Notes: generated by a model not told the origin, from the sequence alone. 64,000 bases of DNA, filler included, from Hausera hauseri (GCA_046269625.1; 11 parts of 11 records of this genome joined end to end with filler, not necessarily neighbours in it), one strand, 5' to 3'. Positions 38,605 to 52,869 are shown, counted from the whole stretch's first letter. A program made the numbers and translations.

Positions 38605-41600
38605 ATGGCAGCTGATACGACTCGACAGAAATTAGACATTTTTACGTATGAATCATTGAATCTTCCGGCGTATGAAGGCGATCCAGAAGGGCTAAATGAA
38701 CTTTTGAAGACATAAGCTTCACGCCGAAAGCATAGGGTTAGAACCTCATCAGATGATTAGACGATTATCACTTTATTTGAAGAATTTGGTCTCACATGCC
38801 TACGCCAAGTTGACGGACGAAGAGAAAAGAGATTGGTCGTCATTAGTAGGTGCATTAAATAGGAAATTATTACCGACAGTAACTCCACAACAAAAGTTAA
38901 TGGCATTTCAAAATAGAACGCAACAGCAGGGGGAATCAGTCACCCAGTTTGTGTTTGCTTTAAAGAAGTTGGCAAATAGTTATATTAGTACTCTTAGAAT
39001 TTGAAACATGGCTAAGACAAAAGATGACGCCGAACGTAGAGCCGCGGAAAAGGCAGTTCGCTCAGATTTGGATGTAATGATGACAGCGCAACTAATTAAT
39101 GGTATTTTGTCGAGAGACCTGGTGAAACAACTCATTTTAGCGAGACCAGAAAACTTTGAGAAAACATTACAATTGGCTCAAGACTTAGAAATGGCGTTAG
39201 ACAGATGCTAGGCAGAATGAACGATACGACAAGGACGTCGAACGAAATAAGCGCAGAGATAGAAATAGAAACAGTGGATGATTCAACAAACATAGTCAAA
39301 ATCAAAATTTCGATAATAGGATGGATAAGAATCCGCGTTATGCGAACAAAAGTTTAGACAATAATCGAAATTCAAATAACATGAACGCGAAGTCCAACTA
39401 TAACTCGAACCAAGACGGTTACAAAAACAATAACAGAAGTTTCAAATTCAAAGATGGAAACAGATACAATGATTTTAGAAACAATGAAAACAAATATGGC
39501 GGAAATAGTCGAATAGAATCTTCAAACGCAGGCTATTCTAGGAGCGACAGCCGCTCAAAATCGCATATAAATGAAGACGGTCGACGACGGATTGGTAGAA
39601 ACAGAAACTTAATATGCTATACATGCGGCAAGGAAGGCCACATAGCACGATCATGCCCAAATCCTCCGAGCGTTTCGTTTACCGAACCGACTAAGGCAAT
39701 TATGATTAAGACGCAGGAGGATTTAGAAGCGAAATATGGTCCCAGAGGTAACATAGACGCAATTTTGGATATTCAAGATTCACGACAATACCTGCAAAGT
39801 CAACGAGAAACAAACAATCCGCAAATCTTGAAGGCTCAAAAGGAATATAAAGATAACGTACGGATATTAGAAGTATATCATGGATTAGTTAAACCCCGAA
39901 CAAAATATGAGTACTTAATAGCGCCAGACAATAGTAATATGGTTCGCAAGAAGAACGTGCCTGTAAAGCCCGTAGTGACAGAAGAGGTAAGCAAGGTGGA
40001 AGTAGCAGAGACATCGCCCAGCGTAGACTTGGACGCTGAACCTGAAATCCTGACAAAAGGATGTCAAGATGTGTCTGACGAAATAGAGGTCGCAGTCCAT
40101 CACTTAAAAAGAAGCCAAAAGGTCGATCGAGATCGCCATTAAAAAGAGACAATTTAGAGAAAACTCAAGTCCAAGATGCTGACATAGAGGACATCCAGAA
40201 CTTAGACACTCCGGATGTGAAGCTTACTGAAGTTCCAGATATTCCAAGAACAAGCGTAACAGTAGAAGACGCGAACAGCGAGATAAACGAGATATGTCCA
40301 TTACCCGATAGCGAAGGCGAGACTGATGGCACGGAACGAATTAAAAGGCTAGACGGAAAAGTGTGGAGGATCAGAAAGTCCTGGAAAATTGCAGACAAAT
40401 TAAAAGAAATTAGGATGGCGCTAACAGATACGGAGACGATGCGTCGCAATCTGGAAGAATTAAGATATATAAAAACTCAAGTAGATGTGTCTGGAAAAGA
40501 ACAGAAGTTCGCCAAAAGAATGTATAAAGAATTTAAACGATACATTGAGGGAGATGTTAGCAAGGAGAAAGAACTAGAGGTAGTAGATGAAATTGTGGAG
40601 AAATCAATTGAGGAATGGAAGGAAACTAAATTCATGAATAAAAAGCGGAATCGACTTCACCTAAACATGGAATAATCAAGAGATAGAAATTAAGAGTAAA
40701 GTGGAGACTGCCCAAGGATTACTTAAGACGCTAGAGACGGATCCAAGACAGAAGCGAACAAAACAAAATTTAGAAAAGTTAGTGGTAGAAATAGAGAGCG
40801 CAGTAATCTATCACCTCAAAAATAAACCAATATACGAATTGGATGAAAACAAATTTTAATACTAGGCATAGAACCTGTAGACAATCCTCTCATAATGGAA
40901 ATGTGAAAGATCGAGTTCAACGCACCCAAAGAATATACGGACATAGGAATTCGCATAGCCTCGCAAGATAAAAGGCGCTCCGAAATTTACAGATGTAGGA
41001 ATACAATAACGTATGCAGAAAACCAAGAAGTACAAAACATAACGAAAACATGTATTTTAGAACTGGACGAATACAAGAAGGAAGTTAACTACGTTAAAGG
41101 AGTAATGGACTATATTAAAGGTCCAGACGATAAATTGAACGACGCCTACGAACGATTAGAAAATGTAATAAACGCGAAACCAATGATAGATTACCAACTC
41201 AAAGAATGGATTGAACTGTTAGACAAATTAGTGAGTCTAACAAAATATCGTCTAAGGAAGTATTCAGAACGTGAACCGATATTAAAACAACAGTTAAAGG
41301 AAATACTCCGTAACCTAGATGCTTATAAAATAGAGGCAAACCTTCGAGTTGAAATTAACTCATTATTGAGACTAAAATTTATGATTAGAGATCAGGAAAT
41401 AAAACTCACAGAAGAATTGTATACCATGATCGAAGAAATGGAATTATCGGCAAAACAGGAAAAGATCTCCTCCTTATCGATGAGACTAAAAGATGTCCGC
41501 CTAGAAGGCGCACGACACTTGGCAGCAAGGCCCATAGACAAAATATCCATGTGATTTATCGACGTTGGATATTTGCCCAAATCATCGGATCGCGTTAGAA

Positions 41601-44600
41601 GTATTAAAATATCTACATCGTCCTTTTGAATAGGCATCAGATACCGACCAGAATTGTGACGCTGAATTAACAAAAATAACCAAAGATCATCGCCTCACAC
41701 CGGACGAAGCTAAATTCGTAAAGAGGCTGATTGAAGAAATAGATCCAGATTCAAAGACTCTAAAAAAATGCGCGAAATAATATCACTACTATCGACAATG
41801 GCAGAAATAGATGACAAGACGCGACAATTGACAACTCAAGTTAAAGATATAGGAGAATTGCGAATTCGCACAAAGCAAAGAGCCACGAAGCTAGATAAAT
41901 TAGGCAAAGAATTGAAGACTTATAAGAATAAATATAAGATCACGCAATCAGAGTTAACGAATAAAAGAGAATTCGTACAAAGATGGTTAACGAATGTAAC
42001 GACCAAATTAACAGATTACGAAAGAAAAGGATTGCTTCTTACAGACGAACTAGGACCGACATTAAAAACGATACAACTTGCGTGTGGAAATGGAGTAGAG
42101 TTCCGAACTAACTTGATGAGAGAAGTACAGTTGATATTAAACGAGATACGCGGAAATGTACGAAGAGCGTCCGCAGTATTGTTGGATTATGGATTACCAG
42201 ACATCACAGACGACTCAGGATGGGATGCTTATTTGGAAGATTTGTACAACCAAAACCCAAAAACACCCATCCAACTTCAAGAAATCGATATTCTTCCAAC
42301 AGACCGACGATTTGAACAGACGAAAGATGAGGCTGTAAGGAAAGTGAGAGATGAACATTGCGTAGGACGCATTATGGGAATCCGAGACCCTATAATGTAT
42401 TTTGACTACCTCCAAAGTGAAGAAGATAAGGAACAGTACGATAAGAATCTAGTACCGATAAGCGAAACAATACCAACTGCGCCGAAACAGAAACGACGAG
42501 TTGGAGGGCCGAGGAAAATAAAAGATGATATTAACCAAAGTGCAGCTCTGATACGAGAACTAAGGCAACTATCCATGCCCGCGATTAACTCCGATAGCGA
42601 AGAATTAAACGAGTTGCTGAGAAACATTATAAAAATAGTGAACTATTAGGGACCAAGAAACGAGATGTTAAACGAAAAAGAAAAAGCAATATACGACGCA
42701 GCAAGGATAATGAGAACATTTCGGTTCAAAATGAACAAAAGCAACTTACCTGATGAAGTTTTAATCGAAAAAATTATGGTAGAGAATACTAAGGAAGAAT
42801 TAATGAAAGTAATATTGTACTTGGCAATTAAAACAAATCCCTTAAAGGAAAATGAATTCAATAAAACCATTGGATTGATCAGAAAAGCTGCTAGGAAGAT
42901 ACCTAGAGAGATAAATTGGTCCAAGCTATTTGTCGACGAAAATGGAAATAGGCCGACCACTAGAATTGAAGGTGTGGTAAGAAAATTAATACCAACTAAC
43001 TCAGCGCAAGATAGTAAATCAATTTGGATGATTAAACTAGTAACACTTATAATGTTAATAAGACAGCTCGGTGCAGTCACAATATGACTGCGACAAGTTT
43101 AAGGTCGGACAAAGATATTCCTTGATGGATCTGGAACTATGCGAAGACGCCCGACCTCACAAGTTAGTAACTATTAAGAAAAGGTATTTCTTGTACCAAC
43201 AACGCGAACTAATCGCAATAGATGTGATAGAGTGTATGTTACGACAATCGCGAAGCATTTTCCACTGTGGAAATATGCACGAACATTCGTCAATCATAAA
43301 ACCAACAACTCCGCTGATTCCTATGGATTTATAACGACAACAATGCAAACCAGCCAAGGAAACAGGAAGATTGAGATGGGATGGGATGGAGTTAGAAGCT
43401 CACCAGGAAAGATAATTCGGGTGTATAAAGTAGCAATTGGGAAATTAAACATGCACACCGGATATTGTAAAGGAGGTGAATACGATACAGGAAAAGGAGA
43501 AGCGGGAATAGTGGTGGTTGATTTCTGAGACAGAAATGAGAAACCAAAAGGTGATGTTCCATAGTGTTACAAAAACATACAGAAAATCAGAAGTGTTATA
43601 TCCAGGATGGTGCCTGTACTTTCCGAAATTCGATAGTTATTTGGACTCCGCCACTTATGAACGATTGTAACTTTGTTAAAATAAGAGATAAATTTCAACG
43701 AAACCACGGGAAAACGATATGTAGACACAACCGACAATAATGCCAGGTCAATGAAGGACGTCGCTGAACAGTTTATACCCACGATACTGATCTCCAAAGA
43801 TCACGGATTGAAGTTCATTAAGAAGCAAATGCTTTCCCGATGTAATGTAGTAATGTACGCCACCAATTACGAAGCATTCTTGGTAGCAGAAGCGGCAATA
43901 ACTACTTTTGCTTTGGAAGCACAAGATGTAAGAATAGAAGATTATTTGAAGAATAGAGATGATTACTTTTATTACAAAGGACAAATTGGACTAGCAGAAT
44001 TATACCACAAGATGATCGCAAACGACTGTAAATTAGATATAGAAATTATAAGAACCAAACTAGCCTTAATATATGCAAATCCAGAACTAGCATCACCTGT
44101 AATTCCAATAAAAAAGGCATTTTCGGAAGAGCTACCGGAGAAGCCCAATTAACTTACGAATGTGAAAAACGAAATGTATCCATAAACGTAGAGGAAAAAC
44201 GTTGTATTCAAGAATTACCAGTCATATATCAGAACGTACCTCGATTGGCTATGCCACTTACAAGAGTTTTGCTAGAAAACTCGACTCAGCCAACACTTTT
44301 GAAAGAATGCAAAGCAGGTTTAGGCGAACCTATGTTTAAGAGAAGTGAGACAGATTGGGTAAGTCTGCCAAATGGAAGAGTAATAGCTATGCCTGGCAAA
44401 TCAACTGGAACAAATTTGTTAGAAGGAATAACCGACGATACGTTCGCCGACACTGCAGTAAAGGGATTTACAGACCAAAGGAAATCGAAGCTTTCAGACA
44501 ATTTCTAGCCTTCCCTCGACAGCGTACACATGAGCTAAATAGAGCCATGTCAACGGTGATGGATGACACTCGCTATAAAGCAAAATGGGAATTCCTACTT

Positions 44601-44837
44601 GGCGTCAATCATTATCAGAGTCACTACAGAAATACTATATAAAATTTGGGAAAGATTTTTAATTTTCGGACAAGCTGCATCAGGATTTTTAGCCATCTAC
44701 TTCTTGGTACAACTCGTAAAGGCTATAATTCAATCCATCATAAATGGCTATGAAATATTAACTCTAACCGGATTTTCATGCAAAATTTTGACCGCGATCA
44801 TAACACCGTTTGGAAAATTTCTGAAGGCTTACGAAGA
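38605..44837 (+). mobile_element. Ty3/Gypsy element copy 2: gag (capsid + CCHC) - coiled coil - glycoprotein
   Basis: Gag capsid motif FQNRTQQQGESVTQF, knuckle CYTCGKEGHIARSC, long helical region homologous to copy 1, glycoprotein from ~43025. Confidence 0.9.
43025..44837 (+). pseudogene. Envelope glycoprotein, chuvirus-like, copy 2
   Basis: Signal WMIKLVTLIMLIRQLGAV, YDC..YSLMDLELC..FHCGNMHEHSS, NDCKLD, TM GQAASGFLAIYFLVQLVK. Confidence 0.75.
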
Positions 44838-44937
44838 NNNNNNNNNNNNNNNNNNNNNNNNNNNNNNNNNNNNNNNNNNNNTTAATTAATTAANNNNNNN
44901 NNNNNNNNNNNNNNNNNNNNNNNNNNNNNNNNNNNNN

Positions 44938-45010
<73 letters not shown>
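44938..45010 (+). repeat. (TAAC)n microsatellite
   Basis: Perfect tandem TAAC at contig start. Confidence 0.95.
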
Positions 45011-45879
45011 GATCTCAATCTGTGTATTCGACAGGAACAATATGTTATTGCAAGGAAAGCAGTCACGATTTTTATTTCCGATAAACATTTTGGCAATTTA
45101 AATCGTTCATTTCTTTTAATAATCGTCGTGAATGCTCACCTGACACATTCTAAAGGTGTTTCCGTCGCCTTGTGTTTTGTCGTGAAACAGTCTACCTAAA
45201 AGAATTAAATCCACCAAATATAGGCATTCCTGGGTAAAAATTTGTATACGTTGTCATCGGACTGCAACTTTTTCAAATAGTCTTCACCGACTAGACCTGC
45301 GGTCTTTCTGTGAAGTTGATAACATAAGGTTTACAAGACATTTAAGGCGCCCTTCAAATAAATATGGCATGCTCCTCGTCGGGAAATGGCTTTTGATTCC
45401 ACTCATTTGATATTTCCAATTGAAACGGATTTTATATTATACAAAGATTTCAAATCGACTTTCTGGGTCTTAAGCCGAGTCGGATACAATCTGGAATCAT
45501 GGGAATGTCTTTTCTCTTTTGTTTCAGTGGTCTCGAGGTATGACAGTACTGTTGAAATGAGATGACCACACTTTTTGGGTGGGGATCAGCCACAAATAAA
45601 ATAGACAGATAATGTCGTCACCACCTTGTTTTATATTATAACAAATCGTTTCATTCACCTACTAGATACATAATCATTTAATGTATCAGTTATTCTTTTG
45701 TCGTTTTCACGTTGCAACTTTCAGTGCTTCTCTTAAATTTAGATCTGTCTTACGCCTCATGAACTCTGTAGCGGATGTTCTATTGTTTTGGCAGACCGTT
45801 TTTACTTCGGCTATCAATTTCCGAACCTTTAACTACAAAAAAGCTTCACTGGCTTGCCAGGAAACTCATCAGGTAAGGT

Positions 45880-46400
45880 GATATAAGGAACATCTATAAT
45901 TGATAGCCAGGGGGACACCGAAGATGATCTGAAATCAAGAGTAGGAAAAACTAGAACAAAATTCGCATTACTGGAGAACACATGGAAAACCAAGTAGTTA
46001 ACAAGATATGCATTTTCAAAAGCAACATGAAATCAGTCATGCTGTATGGAGGAAAAACATTGAAATGGTCATTGAAGATCACCAAAAAAAAAAACTGCAG
46101 ACCTTCATAAATACCTATTGAAGAAGGATACTACACATATACTCGCCTAACAATATCTGCAAAACAGACCTCTGAAAAAAAAATCTAACCACCAACCAGT
46201 TGAAGAACATATTGGAAGAAGACACCAGAGATGGGTAGATCATACACTGCGTAAACCCCTACAAATTGTACTAGGCAGACATTTTCTATGAAATCAGAGG
46301 CAAACAAGAATATAAAAACACCAAGAAATAACTTTCGCAGAAATTTAAAGACAGATACACAAAAGTTTGGCTACACTTGGAACCAGATAGAACGAAAGAG
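45880..46400 (+). mobile_element. RTE-clade LINE 3' fragment
   Basis: GDTEDDLKSRVGKTR..F, IFKSNMKSVMLYG, KLQTFINT..RRILHI, RWVDHTLRK. Confidence 0.75.
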
Positions 46401-47639
46401 AGTAGAGGTTAGAAAGCTCTTATAGTGGGTGAAAGGGATACTCGGTGAATAAAGGATCGGTCACTTTATTTTATCATCTGAGTTTCACTTTTGACAAAAG
46501 GAGCGCAATTTGCCTGCCGTTACTTGATCAGGCAACCACCACTGAAACAACTCGGCTTGCAGTCCGTGCTATTATTGTTATATAGGTCTGCTTATGAGAT
46601 TAAATCTTAATCTCACTTGTCAAAAAAATCAGTTACGCACGATGAATGAACGAGTGTCCAGAGTAAAAAAAAATATTTAACAAAGACAAGTGTTGATTTT
46701 AACGTCTATGAATAGAAATGTATTAATTATGTCATCTTAAAAATTATACCAGAGCAGTTTTTGTGTCTACACACTAGATGCTTCAGTTTTATAAAACGGT
46801 TGGACAAAGAAAACTTTGGACTAAGAGTAAAACAGGTTTAACGATATTTGGTAGGACATACACTGTGAAGGAAGTCTGTGAAAGAATACTGTTCAAGACG
46901 TCTTCAGAATGTATTTTCCACCAGCGACAGGCGCTGTTTCCTCTTTATGGAGTGATATGTTCACATTACTACATTACATGATCACACATTTATTTAGCAC
47001 TTTCCTTAAAACATTAGTCTTTATTTAAAAGCCCACGAAGAAGCATTATTTCAGCATGGGGGTAATACAAAGTCTGAGTTGGTGTGTAACATATACCGCA
47101 GCTTTTTGCACAACTGATTTATTTTTCCTCACCTAGGTTTCCAGTGGCAAATTATCGTTTCACTTCTTATCTTCATAAACACCAATTTAAAAGAATGCAA
47201 GCTCTTTAAACAAGAAAGACAAAAAGATAAGAAAGAAAGAAAGTAAGAAAGAAAGAAAGGAAATTATTCTTTTCCTTTTAATTAGATCGTTCTCGAATAA
47301 AAGAGGAATGTTTTTTCAATCATCAAGAATATGAAACAATTTCAAAGACATTTTTTCTGGGGGGAAAATCTATAAAGTGGACTTCAAGAGAAGGTCATGT
47401 CTTTATTAGCCCGGCGGTCTAATTGATGTGCTCAAATGGCGATGACCATTCAATCCTAATCCTTGGCGGTGAGCAAACAGGACCGATTTTACATGAAGAA
47501 ACGGTCGCGACTTTACCATATTGTCGCTCTCATTGATCTTTTGTCCTGACAAAGCAATTGCAACCTCTGACGGCCAGCGCTCTTATTTTCAAAAAAGACT
47601 CACTTCTTGAGACACGGTCGCGGTCTGGCCATATGTTAA

Positions 47640-47800
47640 CTTTGATTGGTCAGTCGCATACTTCTTTCAGTGATTCTTATCTCAAAGGTTACTTTGAAGT
47701 CGTCGGTGGTTTTTTTTAACAAAGTCGAATAGTTTGATTGGCTCTTAAAATGTCAAAGGGCGGACCAATACTAGCATTATTTGCAGCGGTATATAAAATT
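47640..47800 (+). promoter_or_regulatory. Putative Pol II promoter of kinase gene
   Basis: ATTGG at ~47645 and ~47737, CCAAT at ~47765, TATATAAAA at 47790-47798, ~130 nt before ATG 47926. Confidence 0.55.
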
Positions 47801-47925
47801 GGAACATTCTTTAAGAACACAATCATTACTTGTTTCCAATATTCACACAGCGAACATTGCGACTTCTTAACTCACAAATTTGTACCACATTTGGATATTT
47901 TCACCTTCAACTACAAGTGCAAGAA

Positions 47926-48777
47926 ATGGCGGTAGCTAGAGTGACTCCTGAAGCTGCAGACCTCGATGAGGACTTCTTTACTGCAGCCAATGTCCTCCGT
48001 GGTCCAGTACTAGGAAGTGGAATGTGTGGGGAAGTGGTTGTAGCCACATCACGTACTAATCCATCAATCAAACGGGCTGTTAAGATCTTGCCATTGCTCA
48101 CACCTGATGGAAGTGTTTTAAGCATGAAGTTGTTTGCTTCTGAGATCGAGGCTATACAAGGATTGTCGCATCCTCATGTCATCAGGCACGTCATGTCAGC
48201 TCGTTGTCCTGGATATCTCGTTATCTGTACAGAGTACTATCCCAACGGGACACTGTGTTCGAAACTTGCAGATTTGGATCCCAAATTATGTCCCACGTAT
48301 TTTATCCAGATAACAAGCGCAGTTCGTTATCTCAATGACAAAAAGAAGATTGTACACAACGACATTAAACCAGAGAATATTTTCATCAACCGTAAAAATG
48401 ACGTCGTTCTTGGAGACTTTGGATTATCTTTCTTTATTGACCAGGATGACGACGTGATTCCTGCAGAAACTTTGGGTGGAACTCCCAACTTCAGTGCTCC
48501 TGAGAAAATCACTAGATCATATGTGGACCCTAAAAAGCTGGATCCTTATTCCGTGGGCGTTGTACTTTGGTGTATGATGTTGAAGAGACAACCAACATTT
48601 AGGCGTATCTGCAAGAGTATGAGGAATTTGGAGCTCTTGCTTGCTATTCCACAACCGCTACGCTGGTGCCTAATGTCCTTATTGGAGCTTGATGCAGCGA
48701 AAAGACTTACTGCTACAGCGGTCCTGGAGAAGCTTAGCAGCCAAGGATTTATGAAGAGTGTTATCGATATTCTGTGA
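47926..48777 (+). CDS. Ser/Thr protein kinase, catalytic domain in a single exon
   Basis: GSGMCGEV, AVK, alphaC E, HNDIKPEN, DFG, GTPNFSAPE, DPYSVGV; possible short intron 48774-48839 giving an alternative C-terminus. Confidence 0.9.
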   Translation: MAVARVTPEAADLDEDFFTAANVLRGPVLGSGMCGEVVVATSRTNPSIKRAVKILPLLTPDGSVLSMKLFASEIEAIQGLSHPHVIRHVMSARCPGYLVICTEYYPNGTLCSKLADLDPKLCPTYFIQITSAVRYLNDKKKIVHNDIKPENIFINRKNDVVLGDFGLSFFIDQDDDVIPAETLGGTPNFSAPEKITRSYVDPKKLDPYSVGVVLWCMMLKRQPTFRRICKSMRNLELLLAIPQPLRWCLMSLLELDAAKRLTATAVLEKLSSQGFMKSVIDIL

Positions 48778-49004
48778 GTATTATTATTTTTCTTAACTTT
48801 AACTTTGTTTTGTAATTTTTTTCTTGATTAGCTTTGCAGGTCATTTAAGCATTTCGCTTGGACGGAGGTGCTGTGTGTCGGCGACCCATAGCCGACAATG
48901 ATACACAAGACCAGGGCTGAGGAACGATGTTCAGCAAAAATCCTCTACCAGACATTCCTGTCGTCGTGAAAGGCAACGGTAGGGAAAATTGCTGCATAAC
49001 TTGT

Positions 49005-49640
49005 TAAATAACTAACTAACTAACTATCTAACTAAGTAACTACTCAAACACGTAACAAACAAACTAACAACTTCACGAAACAGCTATACATAATAGTTTA
49101 AATAACAAACTAAAAAACTAACGAATTAAGTAATACGTGTAAAAACTAATTAATTAAAAAGTAGCCACTTAACAAGTTAAGTAAGTGATTAACAGTTAAC
49201 ACCCAAAGTGAAAAAAACTAGTTAATGGTTTAAATAATTAACAAACTCACTAAATAGCCAACTATTAATTTCCTAAAGACTTATAAAAAATAACTATTCA
49301 TGTAATTATGTCATTACTAAATTAGAGACTGTCAAATATATTAGTATACTAAGAGATCAGCCAATTAAATATATAAACAGCTATTTTCACTTAACTAACT
49401 GATCTACACTTAATAACATGTGTACAAAAATGGTCACTAATTAACAAGCTAACTTACTATCTACCTAGCTATGTAGTTAACTTATTTACCTGCTTGCTAG
49501 CTACCTAACAGACTAATTTACTTATTTGTTTGCTAACTAACAGGCTAATTTACATAATTGCTAGCTAACTCACAAGCTAATTTACTTACTTGTTAGCTAA
49601 CTAACAGGTTAATGTCCTTATTAAGTAACTAATTAACACA
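49005..49640 (+). repeat. Degenerate TAAC/AACT-derived low-complexity minisatellite
   Basis: Recurring ctaactaa, gctaatttac units. Confidence 0.65.
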
Positions 49641-49959
49641 CTATTAATTATACCTTTTTAATCAGGCCACGTAGCACACAGCTGTGTATACGTGACGGTC
49701 CCAAGCCCGATTGAACTGAGAGGGAAAAGGTGTTTTATTTATGTATTATAAACATGTGTAATAATATGCTGTACATGGCCAACATAACTAATAACTGAAT
49801 CACTTTGACTTGTAGTCATCTTTGGTGATACGTCAAACACTATGTTTTATTTCTTCCTTGCATTTTGAGATTTTGCGAAGGCTTCTCTTTTTCTACTCTT
49901 GTTATCTCTACATTGGGATACGGACGGTGGTGGATTCAACTCCCAGCAGTGGCATATGA

Positions 49960-50260
49960 AGATTTTTCCGACCAAAACGTGTTCGTAGTTTTAAAAAAAA
50001 GTGCTGGTAACAAGAATAAAACAAACAGCGTAAATCAGCTAACCGAAGCATTGGGTCTAAAAATCAAAACAGTGAAAAGCACTGTATAATAATGAATGCC
50101 AGCAATACAGAGAAAATGACTGTCGATGGAAAAAGGCTTGAAGAAACAGACCAGTTTACGTATCTCATGAGTTATATTACCAAAGCTGATGATGTGGACA
50201 GAGAAATAGCAACAAGGAAATCCAGCAGGAAAGAGAGCACAAGGGCGACTCAGAGAGAAC
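49960..50260 (+). mobile_element. RTE-clade LINE RT fragment
   Basis: LGLKIKTVKS..VDGKRLEETDQFTYLMS..DVDREIATR. Confidence 0.7.
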
Positions 50261-50552
50261 TGAAGACGAAATACAGAGAGAGAACAGATAGAGTCTGGCA
50301 AGACTGAGCAGGCATGCGCATGACAGATCTGGTTGGAGAAAATTCATTGATGCATTATCTTTCACGGGGATCTAGAAGATGATGAAAAAGAAGATTATGT
50401 CACTACGGTTACTTGGTTGTTGGTCCTGAAGTAACTGTGAGTTATGTTCTCTCAACATGTTACGTAGTGGCTACAGCTTGGCAGTGAATGCATACGATTC
50501 GGTCTCTGCGTAAAGAAGGTCCCAAAACAATGTGTTGGTGCCTATCTAAGAT

Positions 50553-50629
<77 letters not shown>
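50553..50629 (+). repeat. (TAAC)n microsatellite
   Basis: Perfect tandem TAAC at contig end. Confidence 0.95.
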
Positions 50630-50932
50630 NNNNNNNNNNNNNNNNNNNNNNNNNNNNNNNNNNNNNNNNNNNNTTAATTAATTAANNNNNNNNNNNNNNN
50701 NNNNNNNNNNNNNNNNNNNNNNNNNNNNNACATACATATACAGGATATTGTCCGCAATTCGATGAACTTCATAACTCATTGACATGTGAAGAGGAACTGT
50801 ATCTGTATTGCCGAATAAGAAGGTCCCATCTAATAAATTGAAGGAAATCGTTGACACGGAATTGTTGACACGAAATCGTTGACATATTTAATGTTGGCCA
50901 ATTACTTTCTAAAAACAAAATATCCGTTCATT

Positions 50933-51666
50933 ATCACAATTTGTGAAGAAGTATCCGGTATGCCGACTTTGTGTAGACCTATTACGGAAGGAGGTGCCGG
51001 GTTTGATTATTGATTGGCAATGGCCATACCGGATAAGTGGATTGAGCTGACGAAAAAGTACGCCAATGAAGATTGGAACATGGGAAGTATTGTATTTGCC
51101 CTCACTAATCGTCGCTATGACGAACCGAATATTGCATATACCGAATCACATGATCAGGCACTCGTTGGTGACAAAACATTGGCATTCTGGTTGATGGATA
51201 AAGACATGCACACGAGTATGAGCACGATAGGCGAACACAATCTTGTAATCGATCGGGGAATAGCTTCACATAAAATGATACGACTGATAATCCATGGTCT
51301 CGGTGAGAAGCTTATATGAATTTCATGGGTAACGAATGTGGCAATCCGGAGTGGCACGATTTTCCTCGTGAAGGAAACGGAAACAGCTACCATTATGTTT
51401 GTTGACAATGGAATCTTGTCGATGACGAGATGCTCAAATACAAATTCGTTAATAATTTTGATCGAATCATGAACACAACAGAAGAGAAGTACAAATGGTT
51501 AGAACCCCACAGGCATTTATTAGCCGAAAGCACGAAGAAGATAAAGTTATCGTTTTCTATCGAGCCAATGTCGCTTTTGTGTTCAATTTCAATTCGTCTC
51601 AAAGTTTCACGTCATATAAAATCGGCGTGGATGTTGCCGGTCGTTATAAAGTCATCATCAATTCGT
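50933..51666 (+). pseudogene. GBE1: 1,4-alpha-glucan (glycogen) branching enzyme, C-terminal fragment
   Basis: [79 protein letters not shown]; stops and frameshifts. Confidence 0.92.
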
Positions 51667-51729
51667 ACAGTGCTGTTTTACTTTACACAATTATTGACCG
51701 TCCAGAAGTTATCCAAATAAATAGACCAT

Positions 51730-52860
51730 GTGCGGGTACAGTTTAACAACCTCGTCAACAGCATAATTTTGGTATGCAATGGCCTAATACTAATAGTACA
51801 GAAAGTGTTCCAAGCGATTCTCAGTCAATGGCAAGAAATTTATCCCACCATTATATTTCATCGGATTTGGTTAACAAACTTCATTATGTCTAAGAACAAA
51901 CTTATTTATCCGTATTTGTTTCTCTGCCCCGACAAGGTTGCTAGAAATTTGTTTAGCAGATTTATTCAAGAATTAGTCAAGTTAATATTAAATAACAGTT
52001 ATAAAGCTGTAAATTCAGAAATGCAAACGCGACAACCGCATGGGGATTGCTATTTGCCTTAGTTTCTCAAAGTTGCACAAATCAACGACCCCAGCCTGAG
52101 TTCTTATAGCTCATGCAACAGTCTAAAAAAGCTAAATCTAAAAATTTTGTTTGAACTCAGAGGTGCTTAATCAAGACGACACTAAACTTATGGTTTATCT
52201 GTTGCCAGGTCTCTATCGAGTTTTCCGAACATAACCAATCGAAAACCTGACCTTTGCTCGTCTGAGCATTTCGTCAATCGATGCAGTGGAAATTAGTCAG
52301 TCAGGTCTCGAGATTCAAAAGACAGACATCGAATTGTTCGACGCCAGAAGTATTGTCGACGTGCCGGCCCACAGTTTGGATTGGGGTGTCATCAAGCAGT
52401 GCTTTCTGTGGAAACTAATATCGGCCCACAATATTCCCGATAAGAATTTCTGCGCACTCGTGTCAAAACTCGATTACGATCATAAAAAAACGAATCATAA
52501 AGTCATTCGGCCACTGTTGAAGAGGGACATGGAGAAAGGCGGTTACTTCACTGTCAATATTCTCCATGTCTGGAGTAGCGAGATTCAGTCGGCGGACTCC
52601 AAATTCGTTACGATTCTGTACAATATCCTCTCAAAGTCTCTCGGTAACCATTTATTTGACAAAAGAAAAAACAAACATTTCAGAGATGTCGACGAGACCG
52701 GCATCGATTTGATTAACAAGTGTGATCCATTGGTGGAAACACTTCAGATGTGGCAAAATTCGACAATCAGGATTCAGACATTCGGACACAGGTGGTTGAA
52801 GTTTTTGTCACTTATTTGCGCCCACCAGTACGACCATTTTCTGCGGTTATGCAAACCTTT
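51730..52860 (+). pseudogene. INTS3: Integrator complex subunit 3 C-terminal fragment
   Basis: SEMQTRQPH..YL, QDDTKLMVYLLPGLY, SIDA, SLDWGVIKQCFLWKLISAHNIP (cf. SLDWETFEQYCAWQLFLAHNIP), FTVNILHVW. Confidence 0.75.
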
Positions 52861-52869
52861 CGTGACTAA

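Noticed and set aside
19130-44837. One composite element linking Polinton polymerase, piwi and env-bearing Gypsy
   Set aside because: They lie on separate contigs joined by artificial spacers
44938-50629. (TAAC)n at both contig ends as telomeres of a mini-chromosome or linear element
   Set aside because: Both arrays are in the same orientation, whereas telomeres would be inverted; assemblies commonly break at microsatellites
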